Shown one piece after another: positions 1 through 9,169 of a stretch of DNA of 32,000 nt. Made by a program: the position numbers and the translations under genes. The notes beneath the pieces are model-generated. The model was not told the DNA's origin. It did not search any database and saw only the letters and a list, made by a program, of their open reading frames with translations. Positions within the stretch are counted from its first letter, which is position 1; each line of letters starts with the position of its first letter. This stretch comes from Methanosphaera stadtmanae DSM 3091 (GTDB lineage Archaea; Methanobacteriota; Methanobacteria; Methanobacteriales; Methanobacteriaceae), in NCBI RefSeq assembly GCF_000012545.1, contig NC_007681.1, positions 600,001 through 632,000 of the forward strand, written 5' to 3'.

Positions 1-186
1 TATGAAAGATGCAATAGATGGCGGAATTGCAGATTAAATGTATATGATGGATTAATATTCCATCTTATTAAGTATTTTTTACTACTTAAAATATTAAGTC
101 TCAATAATCAACATATTTAAGTTTATATTAATAGAAAATAAGTATTTTTTTTTAAAAAGAGAAAATTTAGTTAAGGAGGTTATGAT

Positions 187-2088
187 TTATCTTTTAAGAT
201 TTTTAACCTCTTGTGTAAATAGTGCTAGAACTTCTTCTTCTAATCCTTCTACGAATTTTAAAGATCCAGCTACTTCATGGCCTCCACCATCTGCTCCAGC
301 TTGTGGAATTTCTTCTTGTATTTTAGTAATTACATCGTTTAAGTTAAATTCAAACTCATTTTTAATTACTTCTGTTGCTCTTAGAACAGCAAAGTCTGGA
401 CCATTTGCAAGGGTCATTATTGGTTTGTCTTCTCCTTTTTCTTGTACTAATTTATCATGTACATATCCTGTTGTTTTTCCAGGTGCAGGATATGTGAATT
501 TATGTGCATATTTTTCAACATCTAATCTGTTGAATTGTATACCATTATCAAAGTATTCTGTTTCAACATTTGGTAGGGCTGCTTTAAGTTGTGTTTCAAC
601 TCTTTTATCTGATTCTGTTATTAGTACATCTAGTAATTCTTCTTGACGTTGTTTATCTTCAAGACCTAATATTGTGTTCATTACACCTCTTCCATTCATG
701 AATCTTAGGAAATATGCTTCAAAGTCTACACATGTAGCTACTTTATCAAGATCATCTCTTGTGTATCCTTCTTCTTCAGCTATTTTAAGGTATTGATCTA
801 CTTCCATACATTCTGCATGGTCTCCTACTGCTGCAATTCCAGGGAAGTGTCTTATTTTATCTCTTACATCAGGGTTTATCATTCCTGCTAGTTCTACAGC
901 TAGTGCTCCTGCTGTAAGTTGTGAATCTCCACCTACAAGGTATGGGTTTACATGTATATCTACATAGTTATCTATTAGTGCTCGTCCATTTTCTACTTCT
1001 CCTGGGTAGTGATGGTCTACTACTACAGATTCTATTCCATATACTTTTGAATGTCTAAGTGCTGCTACATCTTCTTCTGTTGATCCATTATCTAGTAATA
1101 CTAGTAATGGTAGTTTTTGTCCATGTCTTTCCATATCTTCTAGTGCATAGGATAGATCTTTTACTACATCTTCTAGTTCATAGAATGGTGCTTTACTAGG
1201 GGATCGTTTGAAAAAGTGCCATTCTGCATCTGCATCATTACTTTCCTCTCTTAGTATTGGTAGTACTGCTTGTTCTACTGCTATTCCTGCACATATTCCA
1301 TCTGCATCTGCATGATGTCTTACTAGTATTGATCTTCCATCAAGTATTGCTCTTCTTATTGCTTTTGCTGCTTCTGCAAGTTTTGGTCTTAGTTTGTTTA
1401 AAACTTCACTGTTTTCTATCATTACTGATGTATCTGTAGGTTGTGCTTTTTGGTCTATTGATTTATCTATTAGTTCTTTGAGTTTTTCTTCTTCTGTTTT
1501 GTCTAGTTTTTCAATGGTTTCTGATTCTATTTGTATTTTTCCACCATGTATTGATACTTCTCCAAGTATTTCTACTACATCATCTACTTCTAGTTCTGGA
1601 TACATTCGAACTCCAGGTTCATTGAATGCTGCAGACCATGTTATATCTGTTTCATCTCTTATTGTGAATATTGTTGGTCCACTTGTTTGTTGTATTTGTA
1701 TGATTTCTCCTTGTATTGCTACGTTTCTTCCTAGGTTGTCCTCTGATAAGTCGCCTATTTTTGTTCTTTTAACATTTCTTTTTACTGTTTTTGTTTCGTA
1801 GTCATTACCGTATTTTATTTTTGAGTAGCTTAAATCAACATCCATTTTTCCTTTATGTGGTTTTATTTCTGCTATTTTAACTACTATCTTGTTTCCTACT
1901 TTTTCTTTAGGATTTCGTGTTCTTAGAAGTCCATAAACACTTTTACTTAGACTTACAAAGAATCCGTATTTTTCTACTCTGGTAATAACACCTTCATAGT
2001 CACTGCCTATTTCTAGGTCTTCTATTTGACATGAAGGATTTAATACATATACTATAGGATTAGTAGATGTATTTTTGTTGTTTTTCAT
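187..2088 (-). CDS. RecJ-like DHH/DHHA1 phosphoesterase (putative ssDNA/RNA exonuclease) with N-terminal S1-like and OB-fold nucleic-acid-binding domains
   Basis: 633-aa ORF. It has an S1-like segment (GVITRVEKYGFFVSLSKSVYGLL) and an OB-fold-like segment (VAIQGEIIQIQQTSGPTIFTIRDETD...EILGEVSIHGGKIQI). DHH motifs are VRHHADADGICAG, LLDNGS and VVVDHHYPG; the DHHA1 motif is GGGHEVAGS. Confidence 0.8.
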   Translation of the reverse strand: MKNNKNTSTNPIVYVLNPSCQIEDLEIGSDYEGVITRVEKYGFFVSLSKSVYGLLRTRNPKEKVGNKIVVKIAEIKPHKGKMDVDLSYSKIKYGNDYETKTVKRNVKRTKIGDLSEDNLGRNVAIQGEIIQIQQTSGPTIFTIRDETDITWSAAFNEPGVRMYPELEVDDVVEILGEVSIHGGKIQIESETIEKLDKTEEEKLKELIDKSIDQKAQPTDTSVMIENSEVLNKLRPKLAEAAKAIRRAILDGRSILVRHHADADGICAGIAVEQAVLPILREESNDADAEWHFFKRSPSKAPFYELEDVVKDLSYALEDMERHGQKLPLLVLLDNGSTEEDVAALRHSKVYGIESVVVDHHYPGEVENGRALIDNYVDIHVNPYLVGGDSQLTAGALAVELAGMINPDVRDKIRHFPGIAAVGDHAECMEVDQYLKIAEEEGYTRDDLDKVATCVDFEAYFLRFMNGRGVMNTILGLEDKQRQEELLDVLITESDKRVETQLKAALPNVETEYFDNGIQFNRLDVEKYAHKFTYPAPGKTTGYVHDKLVQEKGEDKPIMTLANGPDFAVLRATEVIKNEFEFNLNDVITKIQEEIPQAGADGGGHEVAGSLKFVEGLEEEVLALFTQEVKNLKR

Positions 2089-2331
2089 ATATGGTTCTCC
2101 TCTTGAATCTACTGTTTTTGGAACGTATTTATTCCTATTGTTTTAATTTAAATTAAATTATTCATGTGAAAAAAAGGGATTATTATTTGTTCAAGTTGTA
2201 TTTTTTCTTTTTTTTAATTAATTTAATTAAAATTATTTTATTCATTTATTATTTTTGTTTTTTTTAATTAAAGTAGTTGTGTATATTTTTTTCATGTATT
2301 TTTTTATTTTTTCATACCTTTTATAAAAAAC

Positions 2332-2339
2332 TTTATTAA
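2332..2339 (+). promoter_or_regulatory. Putative archaeal TATA box (TTTATTAA) with an A-rich BRE-like tract upstream, for the SRP RNA gene
   Basis: TTTATTAA is centred about 27 nt upstream of the inferred 7S RNA 5' end at 2364, preceded by ATAAAAAA (2323-2330). The background is very AT-rich, so specificity is low. Confidence 0.3.
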
Positions 2340-2363
2340 CTGTGATATACATATATATTGTTA

Positions 2364-2669
2364 GGCTAGGTTGGGAGGCTAGTGGTCTCTTGTAAGCTCA
2401 AATCCTCTATATGGAGCGACCGAAGTTTTTGGAGAGGCATATTAAATGCTAATAAGCCTATTTCTATGATGTAGAAGTTTCGTCCCGTAGGATTAGCGGT
2501 AGTAGGAATTCAACTGGAGGGTTGAATTTAACTATTTTAATTAATTGAATGGGTCAGGTCTGGAAAGAAGCAGCTCTGTTTTAGACAACTGATGTTTACG
2601 GATTAACGGGATGGAGTTATGGATTTAGATAACTTATTTTTATGAGGTATGTCCATCCAATTACATGCC
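2364..2669 (+). ncRNA. Archaeal signal recognition particle RNA (7S RNA), about 306 nt
   Basis: The conserved SRP helix-8 motif GGUCAGGUCUGGAAAGAAGCAGC lies at 2552-2575. The 5' end GGCUAGGUUGGGAGGCUAGUGG...UGUAA...CGACCGAAG resembles archaeal 7S RNA 5' domains. GGUUGG (2369-2374) can pair with CCAAUU (2657-2662), and GGC (2364-2366) with GCC (2667-2669), closing the molecule. A T-rich tract follows. The region has no ORF and is locally GC-rich against the AT-rich background. Ends are approximate (+/-5 nt). Confidence 0.85.
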
Positions 2670-2744
2670 GTTTATTATATGGAAATTATAGTTAATTATA
2701 AATGTAATGACTTACAAACTATAATATAGATTTCTTTTATGTAT

Positions 2745-2828
2745 GTCGAGGTGGCCCAGCCTGGTACGGCGGTGGCCTGCTAAGCCACTGGACAGATGTC
2801 CACCCGGGTTCGAATCCCGGCCTCGGCG
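2745..2828 (+). tRNA. tRNA-Ser (anticodon GCU), class II tRNA with long variable arm, no encoded CCA
   Basis: I folded the cloverleaf by hand. The acceptor stem is GUCGAGG/CCUCGGC (one G-U pair) and the D arm has 3 bp with GG in the loop. The anticodon stem is GUGGC/GCCAC with loop CU-GCU-AA. The variable arm is GGAC-AGAU-GUCC, and the T arm is CCGGG-UUCGAAU-CCCGG. The discriminator is G. Confidence 0.95.
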
Positions 2829-2849
2829 CTTAATTAATTTTAACAAGAC

Positions 2850-2857
2850 TTTTTTTT
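2850..2857 (+). terminator. Oligo-T tract (T8) downstream of tRNA-Ser; candidate archaeal terminator
   Basis: A run of 8 T lies 22 nt after the tRNA 3' end. Archaeal RNA polymerase terminates at oligo-T tracts (established knowledge). Confidence 0.35.
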
Positions 2858-2929
2858 AATAAACTTTTTTAATTATTTAATTCAATAAATATAATTAGAA
2901 AACATTTAATATTTTTTTAGTTAAGTGGG

Positions 2930-3457
2930 TTGAATAGAATGTCAAGTGAAGCTAATAAAAAGTTTGTATCTAATATTAAAAAGGAAATACAACAAAAAAT
3001 TAAGACAGAGAATAAAAATATTAAAGCACTCAATGATGAAAACATGGAATTAACACGATCTATTGAGGGTTATTCTAATTTTTATCATGAAGTAGAACAT
3101 TTTTTCACTGAAAGTATGGCTGATTTTAATGTTAAACAGGATGAACTTCCAGACTATTTTAAAAGTAATATTAATGAGGTGTACCAGAATTATTCACAGA
3201 TTAGATTAGATGCTATTGATGAAAAAAATCACTTAAATGAATATATTCTACATTGTAAAAAAGAAATACAAACTAATCAAAGATCTTTAAAATTCTATAA
3301 GTCTCAATACTCTGATAGTGATATATTTAGTGAATGTCTTCCACTTGTTGATGTATATGAAAAGAAAATAGAATTATATGAAAAAAATATTCAAAAAACT
3401 AATGATATAATATCTACTTTAGATGAAATAATTAATATTCTTAGTAATTGGAAATAA
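2930..3457 (+). CDS. Hypothetical coiled-coil protein (no recognisable family)
   Basis: 175-aa ORF, Lys/Glu/Asn-rich with heptad-like character. The ORF-track start at 2930 is TTG; the first ATG is at 2939 (MSSEANKK...). No motif recognised. Confidence 0.5.
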   Translation: MNRMSSEANKKFVSNIKKEIQQKIKTENKNIKALNDENMELTRSIEGYSNFYHEVEHFFTESMADFNVKQDELPDYFKSNINEVYQNYSQIRLDAIDEKNHLNEYILHCKKEIQTNQRSLKFYKSQYSDSDIFSECLPLVDVYEKKIELYEKNIQKTNDIISTLDEIINILSNWK

Positions 3458-3461
3458 AAAA

Positions 3462-3482
3462 AAGAGTTTTAATAAAACTCTT
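3462..3482. terminator. Hairpin between convergent genes (9-bp stem AAGAGUUUU/AAAACUCUU, loop AAU), flanked by an A-run
   Basis: A perfect 9-bp inverted repeat (3462-3470 / 3474-3482) sits between the stop of the 2930..3457 ORF and the stop of the aminotransferase, overlapping the latter. It is preceded by A8, which is T8 on the minus strand. Confidence 0.35.
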
Positions 3483-4596
3483 ATACCACTACTTTTTCAA
3501 GTCTTTTCATGGCTTTTTCTAAGTTTTTATAACTTTGTGCATAGGATAATCTCACATATTCACGTCCCATACTTCCAAATGCAAGTCCTGGAACTAGAAT
3601 AACATCTTCTGTTAATGCTTTTTCAATAAATTCTTGTGAATTTCCAGCATGGAAAAATACATAGAATGCACCATCAGGATTACTACATTCAAGTCCCATA
3701 TTATTTAATGATTCAACAACAAGATTACGTCTTTTTTCAAATTCATTTCTCATATCATTTACACATTGTTGGGATGATGTTAGTGCTGTTGTACATGCTT
3801 TTTGTGTTGCAGTATCTACACATGCTACATTATATTGATGTACTTTTAATATTTCATCTATTATTTCTGAATTACTTGAACAATATCCACTTCTAAGACC
3901 TGTCATTGCATATGCCTTGGAAAATCCATTGATTGTTATTGCATTATCTGTGTATGCTTGGAAGCTATAATGTTTTTTGTTGTATATTATTTTTTCATAT
4001 ATTTCATCTGCTATTATAATTATGTCTTTGTCTGTTGCAATATCTGCTATTGCCTTTATATCTTCCTTATCCATCACAGCTCCTGTTGGATTACATGGTG
4101 AATTCATAACAATGGCCTTTGTATTGTTTGTTAGACTTTTTTGAACATCATCTACTGTTGTTTTAAAATCATTTTCTATTGTTGTATTTACTTCTATTGG
4201 ATTTCCACCTGCTAGAGTTACACATTCTTTGTAGGATAGAAATCCAGGATTTGGTATGAGAACATCATCATTTGGATTTACTAATGCTTGTATACTTGAG
4301 TATAATGCTTCACTAGCACCTACAGTTACTATTATATCTTCAGGTGTTGTTTTAATATTATTATCCTTGGATAATTTATTTGTTATTGCTTCTCTAAGTT
4401 CTATATCTCCCTTATTTTGTGAGTAATGTGTATAATTATTGTCTAGTGCATTTTTTAATGAATCTAGTATGTGTGGAGGAGTGTTAAAATCTGGTTCTCC
4501 TAATGCTAGATTTATTGCATTTGGACCTCCTTTACTAAACATTTTACGTATTTGTGATAAATTAATATTTTCTACTCTTTTTGCTGCATATTTCAT
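3481..4596 (-). CDS. Class I/II PLP-dependent aminotransferase (AspC-family)
   Basis: 371 aa. Motifs seen: LALGEPDFNTP, NSPCNPTG, and the PLP-lysine motif NGFSKAYAMTGLRSGY. A Shine-Dalgarno-like (SD-like) AGGAGA lies upstream of the ATG. Confidence 0.85.
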   Translation of the reverse strand: MKYAAKRVENINLSQIRKMFSKGGPNAINLALGEPDFNTPPHILDSLKNALDNNYTHYSQNKGDIELREAITNKLSKDNNIKTTPEDIIVTVGASEALYSSIQALVNPNDDVLIPNPGFLSYKECVTLAGGNPIEVNTTIENDFKTTVDDVQKSLTNNTKAIVMNSPCNPTGAVMDKEDIKAIADIATDKDIIIIADEIYEKIIYNKKHYSFQAYTDNAITINGFSKAYAMTGLRSGYCSSNSEIIDEILKVHQYNVACVDTATQKACTTALTSSQQCVNDMRNEFEKRRNLVVESLNNMGLECSNPDGAFYVFFHAGNSQEFIEKALTEDVILVPGLAFGSMGREYVRLSYAQSYKNLEKAMKRLEKVVV

Positions 4597-4659
4597 TTTT
4601 TTTATCTCCTATTTTACTTGATTATTTAACATGATCCACATTTATAACATCCATCACTT

Positions 4660-6183
4660 TCACACCATGGTGTTATCTGTGATTCTTTCATTTTTTTCAT
4701 ATTCTTTTCTAAGGAAAGATTCTTTAATTCCCACATCTATCTCATGCCATGGTAGAATTTTTTCCTTATTATTTTTTGTTTCATTTATTTTATAGGCTAT
4801 TTTATACCAGTCTTTAAAATGTATATTATGTCCTATTTTAAGTAATTTATTTAGTTCTACTCCACTGTTTGTGAGTATGTATTGTTTTGTTGCTTTTTTT
4901 AGATTTTCTTGTTTATGTTTATATTTAAGTCTTGAACTGTATGTTTTAAATTTCTTATTTAAATTGTCATAGTCAAATCCCATATATTGTAGGGGTGTGT
5001 GTGGTTTAGGTATTAGAGGATTTACACTTGTTTTTATTGTGTTGTATCTGACTGCTTTACTTGTTATGTCTCTTAGGAAGTTAATTAATTCCATTATATC
5101 ATCACTTGTTTCATATGGTGTTCCAAGAAGTAGGTACATTTTAACTTTTAATTTAAGTGACATTGCCCTATCGATAGTTTCTATGATTTGTTGGTCAGTC
5201 ATAGGTTTATTTAATTTCCAGCGTTGTTTTTCTATGGTTTCTGGTGCTATTGTTATTGTTTTAAGTCCATTTTCCTTTAAAATTTCAAGTAGTTCATCTG
5301 AGACTGATTCAACTCTAAGTGATGGTGTTGCTATTTGAAAACCTTCCTCTGTAAGTTTCCAGCATAACTCTTCAATACGACTATAATCACTAACAGCCTC
5401 TCCAAGTAGGGCAACCTTATTCTGTCCTGTAACTTGTCTTGTTTTAATAGCAGTTTCTATTAGTGTTTTTAGTGGTACTTCTCTTCGAGGTCTATACATA
5501 CAACCACTCATACAGAATCTACAACCCCTTGTACATCCACGTGATACTTCCATTAAAAATGCATTACTACCAAATGCGGGTGTAAATCTTTTATCATCAG
5601 TTTTTGTTACTATCTGGTAGATTGGTCTCCATGCATCCTTCATATTCTTTACTTGTTGAATTTTAGTTGGATGTCCTGGCTTGTATACACCAGGTATTTC
5701 AAGAAAATCATAGATATCAGCACGTGGATTATTTGTATCACTATTTACATCGATAATTTCATCAAGTATTAATTCTGCATCACCTATAACAAATAAGTCA
5801 ATAAAATTAGATATTGGAAGTGGATTTGATGTAGCACATGGTCCTCCTGCTATAACAAGAGGATGGTCTTTTGTTCTATCCTTACTCTCTAATGGAATAT
5901 TACTATGTTTTAGCATATCTATCATATTGAAGTAATCTTCCTCAAATTGTAATGTAAAACTAACAATATCAAAATCTGCTAAATCACTTCTTGTTTCAAT
6001 ACTCTTTGTCTGTGGATAAATTACTCTTTCACAGTATATATCTTCACGGGCATTAAGATAGTCATAGATTATCTGGTATCCCATGGAAGACATTGCTACT
6101 CTGTATATATTAGGATAACATGATGCAAAACGAGTTATGACTTTTTTTGGATTTTTAATTACTGTATTGTACTCTTCAATCAT
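4660..6183 (-). CDS. Radical SAM protein with N-terminal B12-binding-like domain (COG1032-type, function unknown)
   Basis: 507 aa. It carries the CxxxCxxC motif SRGCTRGCRFCMSG. The N-terminal region (FDIVSFTLQFEEDY...PLVIAGGPCATSNP...FVIGDAE) is typical of the B12-like domain of class B-like radical SAM enzymes. Confidence 0.85.
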   Translation of the reverse strand: MIEEYNTVIKNPKKVITRFASCYPNIYRVAMSSMGYQIIYDYLNAREDIYCERVIYPQTKSIETRSDLADFDIVSFTLQFEEDYFNMIDMLKHSNIPLESKDRTKDHPLVIAGGPCATSNPLPISNFIDLFVIGDAELILDEIIDVNSDTNNPRADIYDFLEIPGVYKPGHPTKIQQVKNMKDAWRPIYQIVTKTDDKRFTPAFGSNAFLMEVSRGCTRGCRFCMSGCMYRPRREVPLKTLIETAIKTRQVTGQNKVALLGEAVSDYSRIEELCWKLTEEGFQIATPSLRVESVSDELLEILKENGLKTITIAPETIEKQRWKLNKPMTDQQIIETIDRAMSLKLKVKMYLLLGTPYETSDDIMELINFLRDITSKAVRYNTIKTSVNPLIPKPHTPLQYMGFDYDNLNKKFKTYSSRLKYKHKQENLKKATKQYILTNSGVELNKLLKIGHNIHFKDWYKIAYKINETKNNKEKILPWHEIDVGIKESFLRKEYEKNERITDNTMV

Positions 6184-6297
6184 AAAAAATATTCCTAAAA
6201 TTAATACTTTTTTTTATATGGTTAAGTTATTATATATTTTTCATGGTTATTATTTTTTTATAAAAATTAGTAGATATAAAAAAGAGGGATGGGGGAT

Positions 6298-6771
6298 TTA
6301 TTTTTTATTTTGATTGAGGGAATTAATTGTAATATCATATAATATTTCTTTAATTTCATTTTTTTGTTTTTTATTAAGAAAACCACATACTTCCTCTTCC
6401 CATAGAGAATCAAAGTTTTCAATTAATGATGCTATTTTTTCCCCTTTTTCTGTAATGTATACGAAGTTTTGTCGTCTGTTGTTTTTATCAATTTTACGTG
6501 TTATAATATTTTTATCTTCCAAGTTACGAACAGTTCTAGCTATTGTACCCTCTGTCATGTGGAAAGCTTCTGCAAGTTCATGTTGTGTTTTTTTACCTTC
6601 TTTAAATAATTTCATTATTGTAGGATATTCACCTACTGATACATCATAGGGTTTTAGTGTATTTTTTAGATAGATTGTGTGTTGTCTGTATATTGTTGAG
6701 AGTATGAAACTTATGGGAAAATTATGGGCATTTTCTTTTGTAAATTTTTTTGGCATTGTCATTGGTATCAT
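6298..6771 (-). CDS. MarR-family winged-helix transcriptional regulator
   Basis: 157 aa with a wHTH region TQHELAEAFHMTEGTIARTVRNLEDKNIITRKIDKNNRRQNFVYITEKG. The first ATG abuts AAAAGG, so the real start may be ATG at 6762 or 6756. Confidence 0.8.
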   Translation of the reverse strand: MIPMTMPKKFTKENAHNFPISFILSTIYRQHTIYLKNTLKPYDVSVGEYPTIMKLFKEGKKTQHELAEAFHMTEGTIARTVRNLEDKNIITRKIDKNNRRQNFVYITEKGEKIASLIENFDSLWEEEVCGFLNKKQKNEIKEILYDITINSLNQNKK

Positions 6772-6813
6772 CCTTTTTTAATTATTTTTCAAAAAGAAAT
6801 ATTAGTATAAATA

Positions 6814-8205
6814 TTATTCTTTATATTTTATTAATCTTTTTAAATAATATTTAAATACTATAAATCCTATTATGGAACCTATTGCAACTCCTAGAACAAG
6901 TCCATAGTATAGTCCATACTGGGCTAGTCCAAATACAAATGTAAATATGAGTGTAAGTAGGAGTACTAATATTAATTCTCTTATTACTGTTAATATAAGT
7001 GATATTGTTCCTTTTCCCATTCCTTGGAATACACATGCTGAGCATAAACCTAGTGGAATTCCAAGTAGGAATAATGCAAGTATTCTTAATGTTTCTGTTA
7101 TTATAACTCCTAGATGTGCACTTGATGTTGAATAACTAAATAATAGTGCTATTTGTGGTGCAAATATTTCTATTAAAATAACTATTGCTATGGCTATTAT
7201 CATGGATAATTTTATTGAATAGTAACATGTTGTTTTAAGTTTTTCATAGTCTCTTGCTCCATATGCTACTCCTCCAACTGTTATTGCTGCTGTTCCTATA
7301 CCTACACTTGTCATCATACCCACTTGTATAACACTCCATGCTGCAGTGTATCCTGCAATTATTGTTGTTGTAGCAACAATGGATAATATTAAGTTTCCTA
7401 TTATTGTTAAAACGGATATTATAAGTTGTTCTACACTAGCTGGTAGTGCTACTGCAATTAATTCCTTTGTTATTTTTGCATTGTAATGGAATTCTTTTAT
7501 TTTAAATGATAAGTATGTGTCCTTTTTAATAAACATCCAGTATAACATTAAACATGTTGCTACTGTTGCTGAGAGTATTGTTGCAAGTGCGGCTCCTTCA
7601 ACTCCAAGATTTAATGTGTATATGAATATTGGATCTATTATCATATTTAGTACACCAGTAAATATAAGGGCTATTGTGGCACGTTTTACATCACCCTCTG
7701 CTCTTAATTCACTTGATAATATTCCATTGAATATTAGTGTAAATGATCCTAGTATTATGATTGCTGCATATGGTTTTGCATATGTTATTACTGATGAGGC
7801 ACCCATTACTATGAGTAGATTTTCAAGACATGGTAGTAGTATTAATGGTATAAGTATTGATAGTATAAGTCCTATTATTACTCCATGTAGTGCACTATTA
7901 TCTGCACTATCTTTTTTATTTGCTCCTATATATCGTGAAATGAGGGAGTTTGCTCCTGCTCCAAATCCATTTGCTATTCCACCTATTATAATAAATAATG
8001 GTGTTACAAATCCTATTGCTGCAAGTGGATCTGATCCTAGTCCTGCTACCCATACTCTGTCTACCATGTTATATACCATGTTGAGTACAAGTGTTATTAT
8101 CATTGGCCATGCTATTGCCTTTATTGCAATTTTAGGATCGCCTCTTATTAGATCTACTTTATCGTTTTTTTCATTATTATTTTTCATGTTTTTATTTGTG
8201 TTCAT
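6814..8205 (-). CDS. MATE-family multidrug/toxic-compound efflux transporter
   Basis: 463 aa with about 12 hydrophobic segments. The N-terminus (AIKAIAWPMIITLVLNMVYNMVDRVWVAGLG) is typical of MatE. A strong SD (AGGAGG) lies 5 nt upstream of the ATG. Confidence 0.85.
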   Translation of the reverse strand: MNTNKNMKNNNEKNDKVDLIRGDPKIAIKAIAWPMIITLVLNMVYNMVDRVWVAGLGSDPLAAIGFVTPLFIIIGGIANGFGAGANSLISRYIGANKKDSADNSALHGVIIGLILSILIPLILLPCLENLLIVMGASSVITYAKPYAAIIILGSFTLIFNGILSSELRAEGDVKRATIALIFTGVLNMIIDPIFIYTLNLGVEGAALATILSATVATCLMLYWMFIKKDTYLSFKIKEFHYNAKITKELIAVALPASVEQLIISVLTIIGNLILSIVATTTIIAGYTAAWSVIQVGMMTSVGIGTAAITVGGVAYGARDYEKLKTTCYYSIKLSMIIAIAIVILIEIFAPQIALLFSYSTSSAHLGVIITETLRILALFLLGIPLGLCSACVFQGMGKGTISLILTVIRELILVLLLTLIFTFVFGLAQYGLYYGLVLGVAIGSIIGFIVFKYYLKRLIKYKE

Positions 8206-8522
8206 ATTTTAGCCTCCTTTTAGTTTTTTTTTGGAATTTTTGAAAAATAATAATATACAATAATTCTTTCATATATAATTGTTTTATTTCAAATAATTTT
8301 AAATACAACTATTGCCTAAGCAAGTGTTTAATATTTTTTAAAATAATAATATATATACTTTTTGAATTTATGAAATATCTTTGATTTCTTTTAAAATTTA
8401 TGATTTAATGAAGTTTTCATAAAGTATTTCTATAAATTCCTTTAAATAATATTATTTAGAAATATAAAACTAGTGAATATTTTTAAACTTATTTTAAAGA
8501 TAAAATAGTAAAGGAATTTTAT

Positions 8523-8981
8523 ATGAAGGCGAAATATAGAAAAATAGCTGTGGGAGGAACGTTCGATAAACTACATAAGGGACATGAAGCCCTACTAGAT
8601 GCAGCTTTTACAATGGCAGATGAAGTTTTAATTGGTATAACTTCAGATGATTTTGCATCAATGAAAAATCACGTAATTGAACCATGTGAAGTCAGAATAA
8701 CTAAATTAAAATCAATAATAAAACCATACAACAAAAAATATATAATTAAAAAAATCATGGATTCAAATGGAACTGCAGATACTGATAAAAATCTTGATGC
8801 AATAGTAGTAAGTAAGGAAACAGAAAAATCAGCCATTGAAATAAACAAGATACGATGTGAAAATGGTTTAAATCCATTGGATATTATAATAATTGAATGG
8901 ATATTAGCTGATGATGGTGTTCCAATTTCTTCAACCCGTATAAGAAAAGGGGAAATAGATCAAAAAGGAACTTTATTATAA
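8523..8981 (+). CDS. Archaeal-type phosphopantetheine adenylyltransferase (cytidylyltransferase-like fold, COG1019)
   Basis: 152 aa with the nucleotidyltransferase motif GGTFDKLHKGHEALL and the C-terminal motif ISSTRIRKGEID. The overall pattern matches archaeal PPAT. Confidence 0.75.
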   Translation: MKAKYRKIAVGGTFDKLHKGHEALLDAAFTMADEVLIGITSDDFASMKNHVIEPCEVRITKLKSIIKPYNKKYIIKKIMDSNGTADTDKNLDAIVVSKETEKSAIEINKIRCENGLNPLDIIIIEWILADDGVPISSTRIRKGEIDQKGTLL

Positions 8982-8988
8982 CTTCTTT

Positions 8989-9159
8989 TTAGATATTAGA
9001 TAGTATGGAATTTCTACTGGTGTTTAAGATTATCTGTGTGTGATTGTTTATTTCATTTAGATAATTAATTGTAAAATGGGCTGTTATTAAAACAATCATA
9101 CTTATTGTAGCTAATATTAGTATTAATTCAGCACTTATCTGTCCTTTTTCATCTATCAT
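8989..9159 (-). CDS. Class III signal peptide (type IV pilin-like, DUF361-type) small protein
   Basis: I trimmed the ORF to ATG 9159, giving MIDEKG|QISAELILILATISMIVLITA. This has a short charged leader, the KG/Q prepilin-peptidase motif and a hydrophobic helix. The longer ORF-track version would overlap the upstream gene. Confidence 0.6.
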   Translation of the reverse strand: MIDEKGQISAELILILATISMIVLITAHFTINYLNEINNHTQIILNTSRNSILSNI

Positions 9160-9169
9160 TAATAGAACA

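Noticed and set aside
1-37. Possible 3' end of a plus-strand CDS (...MKDAIDGGIAD*, frame 2), followed by the hairpin GATGGA-TTAATATT-TCCATC
   Set aside because: Only 11 codons are visible, so neither gene identity nor frame can be supported. I did not report it as a feature.
182-1801. Plus-strand ORFs 182..646, 1257..1439 and 1394..1801 from the six-frame track
   Set aside because: They lie entirely antisense to the well-supported RecJ-like DHH gene. Their translations are low-complexity (Ser/Leu/Phe/Val-rich), typical of shadow ORFs in AT-rich coding DNA, and carry no motifs.
2100-2340. Repeated TTTTTTTTAATTAA / TTCAT motifs, considered as a CRISPR-like array, replication-origin elements or a structured RNA
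   Set aside because: The repeats are short, imperfect, irregularly spaced and low-complexity A/T. No ORB-like GC-containing boxes, cdc6 or cas genes are nearby. The region is best explained as a divergent promoter between the RecJ-like gene and the SRP RNA.
2829-3480. Integrated mobile element at the 3' side of tRNA-Ser, with the orphan coiled-coil ORF as cargo
   Set aside because: There is no integrase. No copy of the GC-rich tRNA 3' end (e.g. GAATCCCGGCCTCGGC) occurs anywhere else in the window, and the next gene is a housekeeping aminotransferase.
4660-6183. Radical SAM gene as a viperin-like antiviral defence enzyme
   Set aside because: It is much larger than prokaryotic viperins and carries an N-terminal B12-binding-like domain. 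It has no kinase or nucleotide-modifying partner. Its context is an aminotransferase and MarR/MATE.
3636-8212. Antisense ORFs inside the aminotransferase, radical SAM, MarR and MATE genes (3636..3896, 4439..4621, 4997..5338, 6314..6649, 6851..7045, 6947..7135, 7517..8212)
   Set aside because: Each is fully contained in, and opposite or out of frame to, a gene with clear family motifs. Their compositions are Ser/Ile/Phe-rich shadow translations. The 231-aa ORF at 7517..8212 mirrors the MATE hydrophobic repeats.
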